Positions 23,776 through 37,500 of a stretch of DNA of 64,000 bases are shown in pieces. Position 1 is the stretch's first letter; each line of letters opens with the position of its first letter. The DNA is taken from contig MU058345.1 of the NCBI GenBank assembly GCA_013265495.1, forward strand, positions 1 through 64,000, in the 5' to 3' direction. Source of the DNA: Vicugna vicugna (Eukaryota). The notes below the pieces were generated by a model that saw only the letters and a program-made list of their open reading frames with translations, ran no database searches and was not told where the DNA came from. Made by a program: the position numbers and the translations under genes.

Positions 23776-26700
23776 TTAATGATGCTCTGCAGTCAGAGGA
23801 GTCATAGCACAACCATCTATTTTCTTGAACTGATCTCCTGGGTGGCCAATTAAATAAACTGAATGACCAGATGGTTGAGGGAAAATTTGTCTAATAGAAT
23901 TGTTGTTTTACATTGAAAGTTATAAGAGAATTTTACTGTTTATGAACGTCATTGAGGAGAACATCACAGTCACCATACTTATAAAAGCAATTTATTTGAT
24001 TTGTGATGACTTCAGTGTACGAGAAGATTTGTTAGACTGACAACTTGCTAGGAAAAATATATATATAATATAGTACATTAAATTTATAAATGCAGTTGAG
24101 AATGCTTAGGAAATCTAATTAACTAAGCTATAAAAATCCTCCCTAAAAATACTTGTGCATAAAATTACATTGTTAAGTGTTGTTTTTTTGGTTTCTCTGG
24201 ATTTTTTTTTTAATGTTGTTTGGCTTTTTTGTGGTAGTTGTTACTCATTACGCTGAAAATATCTAACAATGAGAAACTACTAAGTATTTTACGTGTCTTC
24301 GGGCCACTGTCAGTAAATTCCAAAATTCACACTGGCACTCTCCTTGGATGATATCAATCAGCCCAACGGAGCAGTGCAAACAAGGAATTTTTCACAGAAA
24401 GCAAGGATGAGGAAAATGCTGAAAACTTAAGACTTTACTTTTTGTCTCAGAGACAGTATTGTAATTTTCTTAAGGAAGCTTTTCAAGTCTAATTGGGCCT
24501 CTTAGGGTCCATTCACCATTATAGTTCAACCTCATCTTTGACACCATCATGTTGTTACTGGGCTCTCATGGCTTCTCTCTGCCACCTTCAGGGGTGGTTT
24601 TCTCTGGCTCAGCCCAGATTTGTCTGCCAAAATTTGTTTTAGAAAATTTTACATTTGGGAAATTTGTAACAGTCCTGATGGACAATGCATTAACAGGACT
24701 ATCTGGCTGCTATTGTATGAATATCTGACAGTATTGTGCCTCTAGGTGAGTGAGGAAGACGGTGTTCAACTTTTTCTTCATGGGTGCCACCAGGTGTCGC
24801 TCTTCTCCAAAACTAAGATCAAAGCTAGGGGACACTTAGCTTCCCAAATCCCAGAAAGTCCTGGATTTATTTGGAAGTCCGTGCCACCCACGGGGGGCAT
24901 TGCAGAATCTCACTTAGTCTCCAGTATTTCGTTACCTCCCAAGTTGGCCGACCTGTAAACTTCAGGAGCGTGCTTTTACCAGAACTCAGTGTCTTACCAG
25001 CAACTCAGTGTCTTTCTCTGTCACCTCCCCTCTCTCTCATTTATGGTAGCACATGGCCTCTCATTGTGGTTCCAACATTGTTAAATGGTGCACACAACAG
25101 CCATTCAGTCTCCAGGATGGTCTTACATGGTGAAGAAAGGCAAAGGGCTACCCAAAACCTTTCTCCTTCTAGAGAAGACTCTCATTTATTAGGGAATCTA
25201 GTGCCATGGAAGTTGGATTAAAAAGCAAAGTCTGACTGGTAGGAGGAGTTAAACTTCATATGAAAGAACTCACGGAACACCATCATTCATGTTCTCCGTC
25301 TAATACACTCAGGTCCGCACTGCATTATTTCCTCAGTGGGCATTATTAAGATATCACAGTTTTCTTTACAATATCCTTTTAAAATTTGAGGGTGTGTTTT
25401 GTAGACCATTGTCACTTGATGGAGACATATTTCTGCTTACTTATAGGCCAAAGACGGTAGTAGCCATGGTAAAGGTTATCTCTTTCCTAACTATATTTAA
25501 AAAGAAATTTCATCACGCAGCACAAAGTCAACATTTCCTCAATATCTTTTTTTCTGTGTCTTTCTCCCTCAAAATTGCACGCAGCGTAACAGCTATTACT
25601 TCCAAAAGTATCCAAAAATCTCTTCCAACACTCCATTTTCCCGAGCTCTCCACTTTTATCACCCTTCTCCCACCTCTAACCTCCCTCTCTCTCTTTTGTT
25701 CAGAATTTGTTTCCACTGTGTTCTTTCTCTGGAAATCAATTACTCCTCTCAGTCTCTTGCCAGTTCCTGGCACCTCAATTAGGCCTGGACATTGAGCAAA
25801 ACAAGCAACGAGTTCTACTTAGAAAGAGCAACAGGAGAAAGGGCATGCATATTTATATTTCAGGATCTTCCTAGGCACAGTGCAGTTAAATTAGCAAAAA
25901 TAAACATAAAGGATACACTGCCGTGACAGTAGATTGTTTGGAAGCAAGTATATTGCTAGCGGCACTGGAAAACGGTAGTTTTTCAGCAAAATAATTTCAC
26001 AGTATGTGAAAGGATCTGTTCAAATTCTTTCTGATTCAGTAATTCCATTTCAGAAACATGGCCCCAAGAGGAAAATAAATGTCAAAATGTACAAAGATGT
26101 CTGAAGCCGTGCGCCGTGAAGTGAGGCAACAGAGGGTGTCGTAAATACTGTATCTGGCTCAGAGTCAAAATCATAATAGAAGCTGCAGATACGGGGTGCA
26201 GCCCCAGAGTCTGAAGAAAAATAAGGTACTCTCATGCCATGAAATGCAGGCAAACAAGATTCAACACATAATGGAAGGGATACGCCGTGGCTCAGTCTAA
26301 GAGAATCATTTGTCGATTTGCGCTGGTAGGATTTGGTAGGTCCCGATTCCCAAGAAGGAACATAAAACATAACAAGGTGGCAGTCAGCGAGCGGCACTAT
26401 TGGAAACCATAATATCAGACAGTAAGTAAAGTGTCAGGACAGACTGTCAGTAATTCTCAGCCATCTTTCCTCCCTCATACTTCTGATGGGTAGCGTGTGC
26501 TCCAGTCAGGCACAGAAGCTCACTAGAACTGGAAAAGTTTTTCTCAGTTAGCTGGCTGAGGCAAGGACATGCAAAGATGGGTAGTAGGTGGAAGGTTAAA
26601 AGACGGAAAAGACGAGAGCAAACTAGTCTAGTCTCCTGGAGCTTCTAAGACCTGTGCAGTCAGAAAAACCCACTTTCTCTCCAGATTCTGACGTCTAGGT

Positions 26701-27944
26701 ACTGATACGCGCCCCCGGGGGACTTCACCACCACCCTGCTTCAGCACTTGGAGAGTCACTGCCTTACACCAGGATCAACGTTTAAGCATGCGCATACGTG
26801 TGTCTCCAGTACAAGCTGCAGCGAAGAAACACCCTTCTCAGCCAATACAAGACAAGGTTAGAAAAAGTGCTTCCAGGCAATGCTTCCCAAAGCATTTCAT
26901 AGCATGATATCTGGAGGGCGATTTGGTATAAACTGGAGGGATCTGAAGGCTCGGGAGAGCCCTCTGCAGCAGGAATTGAGCGGTCCAGGGTTTCCAGCAA
27001 CCTCAGGCACCACCCCGGTCAGCCAAGGGCTTAGAGGACCGGCTGCTCACCGGGAGTGCTGTGTCACATGTAACCAGCGCTGGGAAAGTCTGCTAGAGGA
27101 GAGGGAATGAAGATCTGCCACAGCTGACTTATCCTAAGCCCCTTGCTTCGCTCCTATGTCCTGCAAACCTTCTAGTGGCTGGGTGACACACCCCAACACA
27201 GGATGCGGGAGGAGCAGGTAAATTCTCCATCCATCGCTCTCACGGACCCCCCAGTGGCAAGATGTTTCACTGCAGCCTCTCCAGGGAAGCCTTGCCAGCC
27301 GAGTGGCTGTGCCTGTTTCGTGACCCTTGCTGCCTTTCTTCATGGCTTTTTGTCATCAAGACCAGCAGGACAGTGCACCACTTCACGATCTCCCAATCCC
27401 TGCTTGTCGTGTGCCCTTCTTCCTAGCCCTGCCAACCTGCATTTTCACTGTCCAAATAGAGTGTCAACAATCCAATCCTTGCCGTGGGTTCTGATTTCCA
27501 GAAAACTCGGGCTACAACAGCCATCACATTCTGTCCCATATTTTCTCTCATTTTACCTATTTTGAGTTGGATTTTTGTCACTTGCAACCAAGAACCTTGA
27601 CTACAGTAAACTCAATACAAATGTTTGCACCATTGGATTTGTTCATAGCACCCTATAATGTTTCTTTGATCACTTTATCTCAATTTTTAATCTTTCTTCC
27701 TGAATTAGACTCTAAGCATAACGGGAATAAGGATTATATATTTTCTGTGTATTACTAAAGAGTCAGCCTCCACCACAGAATTCAGCATAAAGTAGGCAAT
27801 CAATAAACATTCAAATTTTTAATGACCAAATGGATTAATTAACCCTAGCTTTCAGTTACCTTGGTACTAACCTAAACTAGTTCAACCAAGTGTCCTGAAT
27901 CCTGAATGATACATTCAATACATAAAACTTTTAAAACATGATCC

Positions 27945-28070
27945 TTTGTTTGTTTGTTTCTTTGAGGGGGGAGTAGATTTATTTATTTTTCTTCGAAGAG
28001 GTACTGGGGATTGAACCAGGACCTCTCGCATGCTAAGCATGTGCTTTACCACTTGAACTACACCCTCCCC
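27945..28070 (-). mobile_element. tRNA-Ala-derived SINE (vic-1-like)
   Basis: Reverse complement of tRNA-Ala(AGC)-like head plus A-rich tail. Confidence 0.85.
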
Positions 28071-28332
28071 GCCTCTTAAAAATTATCTTTGAGTTTATAA
28101 ATGTGTCTTCTATGAGTCTGGCCAATGAGAATTAATTAAGCTGTATATGTTCAGCTCTGATACGAATAAATTTGAGCTACTAAGTCTAAAACATACACAA
28201 ATAGTCTTTAGTAGTTACCAGCTCTGAGATTTGGGGTATGTCACTGAAACGCTCTGATCTGATCTTTTCATTTACCAGATGATAAGAGTGTTTTTCTCTG
28301 CCCATAGGCAGTTCTGAGGACCCAATACTTCA

Positions 28333-28472
28333 GGTATTGTTTTTTCGTTTTGGGAGGGAGGAAGGGAGGTTCGTTTATTTACTTATTTATTTCTTTAATG
28401 GAGGGACTGGGGATTGAACCCAGGGGCTCATGCATGCCAAACACCTTCTCTCCCACTGAGCTCTACCCTCCC
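28333..28472 (-). mobile_element. tRNA-Ala-derived SINE (vic-1-like)
   Basis: Perfect 20-bp TSD tctgaggacccaatacttca at 28313-28332 and 28473-28492. Confidence 0.9.
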
Positions 28473-29229
28473 TCTGAGGACCCAATACTTCAAATGGTGT
28501 GAAGCGCTGGGTATATGTTGTGTTTGTCGTGAGTATGAATACAAAGGACAGCCACCATGAAAGGAAATTCCAGCCTGAAAGAATGGTCCATGACTCTCTA
28601 ACTCAACAATGAGAAAAGCAGTTGTGTAATAATGTTGAAAATTATTTTCCATATTGCTTATGACTTTCTATCATTCAGAAAAATTTTAACCGTTCTTTGT
28701 CTTACCGTCTACTGTTTGATGTAGTGTTAGGGTGGGAGTGGGAAAGATGATGCATTTCTTATCATCACCCAGGAGCACACTAAAGTATTTTTCTCTAATA
28801 AAAGAGCCGTTATCTTCCTAAGATACATTTTACTTCCAATCTCTAATTTAACTGATGTAAGCTGATATTGGTTTTTAAATAGTAATTTCTTCACAGACAT
28901 GTAATAGAATCAGACTCCAATGCTGCTTTATAACCTCTTATTTTTTGGTTAGTTGTATGCCATATACATCTCTACATCAAAAAAGTTTTACTTCATGCAT
29001 AACAACACACTATTTCAGTTTTTGAATGTATAATAATTAAACCAATTTCCTAAAATTGAACAGTTTCATTATTTTCAGTATAACTAATACCTCAACAATG
29101 AACATTCTTTTGTAAGCGCTTTTGCTTGATATATTTGGGGTATTTTGCGGGGGGAGGATTGAATGCAAGACATAGAGCCGTTTAGATTTTTTAAGTTAGG
29201 AATTTGCAAACATAGAGACATTGTATTTA

Positions 29230-29321
29230 TTTTTTTAATTTTTTAATGGAGCTATTGGGAATTGAACCCAAGACCTGGTGCATGCTAAGCATGTGCTCTA
29301 CTACTGAGCTATTTCCACCCC
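29230..29321 (-). mobile_element. tRNA-Ala-derived SINE (vic-1-like)
   Basis: tRNA-like head; TSD gagacattgtattta / gagacactgtgttta. Confidence 0.88.
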
Positions 29322-30039
29322 GAGACACTGTGTTTAGCATCGAGTCTTTAATCACAATTTTTCCATGAAGGAAAAACAATGATAATTGCATATTAAGAAG
29401 TATCTCACTGACGAATGGTACAGCTCATCCCTGGAAATCCCATCCTCCCAGTTACTAATGCTTCTCTTAACCCATAGTTTCTGTCTCTAGATGAGTTTTG
29501 GAAATTTATCAGTCCTGACCCACCAACCACCCTGGCTCCCAGATCATCATGGCTACTTTCTGTTCCAGTTAAGAGGGAAGAAGTGGAGGGGCTACAGGGC
29601 CCTGGGCTCCCCCCTTCCACACACAGCCTCTCTCAGAAATCAGCAGTGTCCTTCTCCCTTCTGGGAAGCTACAGCAGCTTTATTCAAAGACACAGAAGTC
29701 ATGAGCTAGTTCTGTACCCAGACATTTGCTTCCTGGGGGTAGAGGAAAGGAAGTGGTTTCAGCAGTGTCCCCTGACATCTGTGGATCTCCCATCTGATCT
29801 GTTTGGCACACACTCCCCTATTCTCTGCCAGCAATTCCTGTGTACTGTCCTTTCTTCTCCTTTCTAGACACAGAACATTTCCCACGTAGAAAGATAAAAG
29901 CAGAGACACCCCGCATAAGGCCATCTGAAGTAACACATGGGGTTTGCCCTAAGTTGAGGTGTAATCTCTTTCCAAGTTAGGGAAGTGAGGATACAAGACT
30001 AAACTCTCATACACTGACATTATCCATTCTTTCCCCTGG

Positions 30040-30620
30040 CACTGAACATCTGCATGCAGTGGGCGCTGAACATCTGCATGCAGTGGGCACTATTAGACAT
30101 GGACTACGTAACAGGAAACAGAAAAGTCTTTGTCCTTGTGGAGCTTCTATTCCAGTGAGAAGAGAAAATGTAGACAAATAAAGTAGATAGCATTTCATAT
30201 ATTGATAAAGTCTAGTTTTAAAAGAAGGTAAAGGAGAGGGAGGAGAGACGTGCTATTCCGTGAGTTGATCCGGCAGGGCTTCACTGTAAGATGGTGTGGG
30301 GGCAGACATGTGAGAAAATGAAGGGATGGACCATCTGGTTACCTAGGGGGGATATTCTAAGCAGAAGGAGCAGCTGGTGCAAAGGCCCTGAGACAAGAGT
30401 GCGTTGAACATCTTCAGGGAATGGCAAGAAGGCTGCTATGACAAAGGTTGAGAGCATGAGGGGAAAGCATTAGGAGATGAGGTCGGAAATGTGTACCCAG
30501 AGAGCCAGATGATGTCGTTAGGATCTAATAGGACACTGAAAACCTTTGGACGCTCTCTAATATAAGATGGAAAATCACTGGAGGAGTTTTAAGAGAAAAC
30601 TAACAATCTTTCTGAATCCA
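30040..30620 (-). mobile_element. L2 fragment (3' region)
   Basis: tgcaaaggccctgagacaagagtgcg... and ggagatgaggtc..., typical antisense L2 text. Confidence 0.65.
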
Positions 30621-30929
30621 TGTTCAACTGTTGAGTGTAGGTTTCAGGAGCATAATGAACATGTAATTATACAACTGCTTGTTCTATTGAGCAATCTGAC
30701 GATATGAATCAAGAGCCTTAAAATGGTCAAGGCCAACTATTAATAAGGAAATAGAATAAAAGACCCCTTTTATGAATAGAAAAAGTAATGATAACATACC
30801 TAGGAATAAGCCAAGCAAAATCACAACGCAGACCTTATTCTTAGAGTCTCAATATTGTACATACGTTCATTATTTACATATTTATTTTTCCCATATCATT
30901 TATGTAGTTGTTTATTAATTACTTATGTG

Positions 30930-31170
30930 GTGGGGAGGGATATAGTGGTAGAGCACATGCTTAGCATGCATGAGGTCCTAGGGTACCTCCATTAAAAATA
31001 AAATAATAAAAATAAAGAACTAGAGGGGAGGGTAAAGCTCAGGGGCAGAGCGCATGCTTAACATGCGCAAGGTCCTGGGCTCAATCCTCAGTACCGCCAT
31101 TAACATAAATGAATAAATAAATCTCATTATCTGTCCCCCCCAAAAAAAATTTTTTTTAATTAAAAAAAAT
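30930..31170 (+). mobile_element. Two adjacent tRNA-Ala-derived SINEs
   Basis: Two heads (ggggagggatatag...gcttagcatgcatgaggtcc and ggggagggtaaagctcag...ggtcctgggctcaatcc), each followed by an A-rich tail. Confidence 0.88.
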
Positions 31171-31799
31171 TAAAACTGAAGTACTAAAGATTACTTAAAA
31201 ATTATTTCTATGTCTATAATGTAATTCCAATAAAAATGAAAAAATCATTTTGTCTTTTGTACTAGACAAGCTCATTTTAGTATTCATATGGGTGGAATTT
31301 CTTTGTTCCCTCCCTTCTCCCACACATTCAACAAGGCAGGCCTGGAGTCTGTGCCCTCGGATGCTGCCCTCTCCAGCCTCCTCATTCCCACTGACCCCAC
31401 ACAGAAGTCAATCAACAGAGAAAGGCCTGCACCTGGGAGCCAAGATGAGCTCTGACTTATTCCAACTCTTATGCACACATCTGTATTCCAGGGGTAGACT
31501 GACGCAGGGCAAAGGAGTTGTCAAGTCATAAAGGTCTACAGCCTAGGCTGAAAAGAGCTACCGTTTGGAATTTGGATCTGAAATTGTGTTGGAGGAGGTA
31601 ATCAAGAGGACGTGGCCACCAGTTGACCAGAGACCTTGACCTGGGCATTCAGAAACCCTTCACGTCTTCCCGTGTTTGACGTGTGTGTTCTCCCCACTGT
31701 CCCCGCAGTGGGAGCTGTTTTCAAGGACGTGATCTTGGGAGCTCAATATGTTGTTGAGACCATCTGGACAGCATATGGGACTGAGCGCAGTTAAGGTGT

Positions 31800-32431
31800 C
31801 CATACAAACTTACAAGATTTGGCAGGAGAGTGCAGAGATCTACACATCTTGTAGCCACCCAAGGCAAGACTCATAAGTAAGTTCTCGTGCTGGTTGAAAC
31901 TGCTGTCTACCAATCTGGACTGATCTGTCTCTTCCTTCCGTCTCTCCTTGCGCTCCATGTATCAGGGCCAGTGCGTAAACCAACTGGTGAGCCAGGCAGG
32001 AGACCAAAGTAATGGGCCTTGGGAAAGAGACATCCATGTGGGAAATCCTGAGTTGGCTGTCGACCTCTCTGTGCGGAGGGGTGGCTCCTATGTCAGATGT
32101 GTGTGGACTGCCGCACCATACAAACTTACAAGATTTGGCGGGAGAGTGCAGAGATCTACACATCTTGTAGCCACCCAAGGCAAGACTCATAAGTAAGTTC
32201 TCGTGCTGGTTGAAACTGCTGTCTACCAATCTGGACTGATCTGTCTCTTCCTTCCGTCTCTCCTTGCGCTCCATGTATCAGGGCCAGTGCGTAAACCAAC
32301 TGGTGAGCCAGGCAGGAGACCAAAGTAATGGGCCTTGGGAAAGAGACATCCATGTGGGAAATCCTGAGTTGGCTGTCGACCTCTCTGTGCGGAGGGGTGG
32401 CTCCTATGTCAGATGTGTGTGGACTGCCGCA
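31800..32431 (+). repeat. Near-perfect 316-bp tandem duplication (31800-32115 / 32116-32431)
   Basis: Two copies, with only one difference seen (ggcAgga vs ggcGgga). Confidence 0.97.
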
Positions 32432-32612
32432 TGAGTACAGGGATGCCCTGAAAATGCCAGCTGCCTTCATGCATTTGTTTGAGAAACTATATGTGCTGCG
32501 CTGTGGCAAAGAAGAGAAATGGAGGGCTGCTGCAGGGGGCCGGCCTCTACTCTGCACAGTTAAGCAGACCACCAGTGCCCAGCTAGAGGCTGAACCTGAG
32601 CTGGAAAGTTAG

Positions 32613-32866
32613 AACAGGGAAAGTGGGTGGGAAGGGATACATTTGGGAGTTTGAGATTTACAAATGTTAACCACTATATATAAAAATAGATTAAAAACAA
32701 ATTTCTTCCGTATAGCACGGAGAACTATATTTAATATACTGTAATAACCTTTAATGAAAAAGAATATGAAAACAAACACATGTATATATATGCATGACTG
32801 GGACATGATGCTGTACACCAGAAATTGACATATTATAACTGACTATACTTCAATAAAAAATAAAAT
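32613..32866 (+). mobile_element. Short L1 3' end inserted in ERV
   Basis: Similar to 19637-19925; flanked by aaagttag direct repeats; A-rich tail. Confidence 0.82.
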
Positions 32867-35800
32867 AAAGTTAGTTGGAAGAAGGACTGAAGTTACAGCA
32901 GGATATGCAGTGATCCACTTCTGTGTTGCCTCACGGCTGGCAGACAAAGTGAAGAAGCAGGAAAATAAGTCAGAGACCTTAGCACGCTGTTTTATGCAGC
33001 TATGAGGGCATAAGCTGCCACAGATTAAGGCCCGAGTGCTTGTGACAAAGCCTGATTAGGATGCTAAGAGGTAAAATCCCTGGGGAAGTGAGCAGAACAA
33101 AGGAGAGGACATTATCACGAGTGACGATGAAAAAGGACAGAGCTTCCCACACCATCCGACCCTGAATGCAAAGGAAATTTTTAAATGACAGTTACTCTAA
33201 ACTTCAGATAATAGAAAAATATACCCCCAAAACACCTAGGAAAAAACATGCATTCTTTCTCTCTCCCTTGAAGTTGTAAATCTTACCACGTCTTTAAAAT
33301 ATAAACACTCCAGGAGATAACTAAAACACACTGCCCACGGAGACAGAGGGGGGAAAAAAAAAGAGAAACAGAGGAATTTTTAAATACAGACCGTTATAGA
33401 TGCTCCCTGCCCAAAGTCTAATCCACAGCCTCCATAAGGTTATTCATCAAAAGCAAATACAAGACTTAAAAGTCTTCCCCCAAAATACTAACAAAAAGCT
33501 CTTGCCGTGTAAATGGGTACCTGATTTATGGCTAAAGTTTTTGCATAAAAGCTGTGGACTCTGTGTTTAAGTTTCTCTGTATGTTTATGTGTATCTATGG
33601 GTATACGTTATACATATCGATATTTTTCTACCTCTGAAGGGTCTTGCCAAAATTATTTTGTAAAAGAGCTCTATTTAATTGGCTTAAGGAAAAAAATAAG
33701 GCTTGATATCAATAATGTACTTATGTCAAACTGAAACTTTATTTTCTTTCATCTGCCAAAAGGACAGTTTTCTTAGATGATCAGACTGTTCTTGATAAGA
33801 TGGTGAAAGATTCTTCATTGCCTTTTTCTGTAATCTGCCTAGAACACAAAGATTCTGTGTTTTACCAAAATAATTTCCTTTGCTTCAAGTTGTCTTTATC
33901 AGATCTTTGATCACTTAAGAAAACTCTGTCTTCTCTGTTAAAAGAGCTAGTTTTTTTCTTTCTTCCTTACAATCATGTAACTCCCTGTATTTGTCTCTGA
34001 AGTCTTTAATAGTCACTTTGATCAAATGGATAACTATTATTTCACAGTGACCTAAGATCCTTTAATCAAGTGTTTAATATCAATATCTTTGGATATTTTT
34101 GACAAACTTCCTCAAAATCCAGTTCTAAGTGAAGTCTTACACCAACTTTGGAATCTTCTAGAGAGCCCCTGGAATGCCTCAAAAAAAGTGTTCTCTCTAC
34201 CTATAAAAGAGCGATATTAGACCAGACAGAATTGTTTGATACTTTAAACTACATAGGAAGCATCAAATAAAAAGTGATGCTGAACTTTCTTTAGGTTATT
34301 CCATATAAATTTATTTTATTAACATAAAAGCGCTTCATCTTCAAGGAGATTCGCAGGGAAAACTCTGACAGATACAGGTGTCTGATAACTAAGATCAACT
34401 TGCCTTCGTGTGGGAAGGACAGCAGTGGACCTTTCAAATGCTTCCCCAAGGTTACCTGCACAGCCCCACAATATGTCATGGGATGGTAACTGGAGATCTC
34501 TTTTCTCCCTGACATCAGTAAAATGGGCCCATTACACTAATGATAGAATGTTAATGTGTGAGACTAGCCCCTGCAGCAGGAGACTGCAGGCTTTGCTGAC
34601 ATATCTGCAAGAGAGAGGCTACGTAAGCGTGAACCTGAAAAGAATTCAATGCCCAGGTACTACCGTGAAATTTGGGGGTGTTGTTAGGTCAAGTAAGACG
34701 GACACTGTCCCAAAAAACTGTATTTAATTAAGATGCAAGCCAATCCAGCCCCAAGAACGTAAAGGGATGCAAACCTCTGCAGGGCACTGGGGGATGTGGA
34801 AGGCACAGTGCCTCTGGGTCCCTTACACTGCCTGGTAAAGAGAAGGCACACTGGGGACTGGGGATCCGAGCAGCAAGCTGCCGTTGAGACTGGAGCAGAA
34901 GCCAGTGAGACTGCTCCCTCGGGCCAAGCCCTGCACCCCATCTCTGGTGGAGCACCCCAATCCCGTGGGCCAGGAGTGCAGGAGCAGACTTTGAGAGGAG
35001 GTGAGAAGGGTCTTTGGACCTATGGGGCCAATGCCCAGTCTTAGGAGCATCTAAAGGCCTGTGGCTCATTCAGGGAAATGGACTCAGCTTTGGAAACTGG
35101 AAAGGATCCAGGATTTGGAGTCAAATATACAGAGTTTGAGGTCTCCCCACCCTGCCTCCCCTGCCCCACCACTTACCAGCCATACAAGCATCAGACTTCT
35201 CTGACGCTCACTACCTCTGTCCAAAAAGCCGCATAGTCCCCGGCCCAGCTTCCTCACAGAGTTGGACTCTAAACTGCTCTTCTGAGCCAACACTTCAGCT
35301 GTGCCTCCATTTGGGGCAAAATCCAGCTCCCAAAGAAGCCAAGCTTGGTGAAAGTCTCCCTCCATAATGACACCGTGGCCCCAGCCCTGGCTTTTCCAGA
35401 CTTTTTCAGAGCTGCCTGGGGATCCCAGGACTGTCTCCTTGGGCTGGTGTAGCAGGTCCTGAGATGAAACAAGTAAGGAATTAATTGAAATGGCCCTTAC
35501 CTCTGATGGCAGAAATGTGGGCATATAAAACAGTCAAATAAAATGTGGGTATTTAATTTAATTTCCAAGTGATTTGGGGAGAAACTAATTTTTAAATAAT
35601 TTCTTTTAAAAATATTACATTACATATATAAAACACAATATGAAAAGAATAGTATACAAAAAAGAAAATAAAAATCAGCCAAAATTTTAATACTCAGAAG
35701 TCACTGCTGTTAGTATTTTGGTAATTCTAACTTTGCTGTACACCTAAAACTAACACAATATTATAAATTAGCTGTACTTCAACTTAAGAAAAAGTATAAA

Positions 35801-36329
35801 CACACACATACTATGCTTTGATGCTGAATAAAGTTTTATAGAACAAAGATTGGCAGGAAGTGCAATAAAAAAATTCTGATAATTCTAAAACACTTTATGA
35901 ATATATAAGTGTGAATGAATATATATATTTAAGCTTATTGTACTGTAAACTGCATATTATTTTATACTATTTATTAAATTTAACAATACAATGTTAACAG
36001 ATAATCCATAGGTATAGAAAATTCACACACACTTGAGTGTGTATATATATGTATACATATACTTTTTTTAAATTTTTTTAGCAAAAACTGACCTCTGAGA
36101 AGGAGAATCTTGACTCATAAAGCCCTTTGTTCTGCTGAGTGCCTAGATTGGGTTTGGGTGTGCAAAATGAAGAAAAGGACAATGTCACATGCTCCATCAG
36201 TGTAACCCATCCTACAAGCCCCCAGAGCTTCAGTGACGTGTAAGTTTCAAAAAATATTTGAGTGGGTGGTTCTGAATCTGAGTGGATGTGGGAAGAAAAG
36301 TGAATTATTTATATATACATATATATATA

Positions 36330-37500
36330 AACACACAGATATATATATTCCTTTATTGACAATTCTCCTAATAATGAATAATTATTGCAACCCCACCTGG
36401 CTGTGATGCATATTAATATCCTGCTGAATCCCGTTTGATAGAATCTTCTGCAAGAATTTTGCAAAGGTATTTATAATGTAGGATTTGTCTGAGTTCTTTG
36501 AAAAGCTTTGATCAATGCTGCTTTGGTTTCTTATCATTTTGGAAGATTTCTTCCTCTATGCCCTCTCAAAAAAATGTAAATATTACTAAATTTATCTTTT
36601 CCTTGAAGACTAAAAAATATCAGTATGAAACCATCTGGCTTGATACATTTGGAGGTGTGGTTCCCTAATAATGTTCTCAGTTTTTTTTCATGACTATTGT
36701 TCTGTTTATTTAACTGCCTCATCTTGCAAAAAAAAAAAAAGGTAATTTACATTTTCCTACAAAGCCTTCCATTTAATGTAGGTTTTCAAAAGTTGTATAA
36801 TTGTTCATCGTCCCTTCTTCCTTGATTAGCCTATTCAGTGGTGTATCTATTTATGTTTCATAGAAAAGCTTTTGAGTTTATTCATATATTCTGTTTGGTT
36901 TATTATTCATTAATGTCTGCCTTTATTTTAATTAGTTTTGTTGATATTTTCCTAAGTTCTTAATTTCCATGCTTGGTTCATTTATTTTTATTATTCCTTT
37001 GTTGATACTCTTTCCAATTGTTTAAAGAACAGTTTTAATCACATCCCTTAAGTTTTGATAGGTAGTGTTTTGATTATCATTATTCTCAAGTCTGTAATTT
37101 CAGTCTTATTTTCTTCTTTAAAGAGGGATTTTTAAAAATTACTTGGCAAAAATATTTTCCCCCCAAGTTTTGTTATTTTTAAAATCATTTGATTGCATTT
37201 ATATTTTTTAATGGGTTTCTTGGTGCCCTAAAATATGGTCAATTTTGGCAGATCATCTATGAGTGCTTAAAAGAAAGTGAATTCTCTGTTACCAGAATCA
37301 AGCACAATATATATTCGTTAGGAACTCCTTATTAATCATATCATTTGAATCACATGCATCTTTATTTGTATCTACTTGATCTGCTGTGTGTCTACAGGAA
37401 TCATTTGTTACTGTCATTGTCATTAAGTTTATTTCTCCTTCCATTTCCTGCAGTCCATGTGTCAAGTATTTTGATGGCATGATATTTCATTCCAAAGATT
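36330..37500 (-). mobile_element. Old L1 ORF2 fragment
   Basis: T-rich antisense L1 text (aaaccatctggcttg..., atatggtcaattttgg...gtgcttaaaagaa). Confidence 0.65.

Larger units (their letters stand above)
31587..35045 (+). mobile_element. Decayed endogenous retrovirus (5' LTR ~31587-31983, PBS-like tggtgagccag, gag/pol remnants) with nested insertions
   Basis: TG-start LTR followed by a tgg PBS-like junction. RT-like remnant WAHYTNDRMLMCE...QALLTYLQERG...IQCPGTTVKFGG at 34410-34727 (ERVL-type YIDD region). AT-rich ERV-internal-like sequence at ~33200-34400. Confidence 0.7.

Noticed and set aside
30038..30090. 24-bp direct repeat with internal palindrome (CRISPR-like)
   Set aside because: Two adjacent copies with no spacer in an L2 tail, in a eukaryotic genome: simple slippage duplication. 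The same applies to the 16-bp duplication at ~44566-44597.
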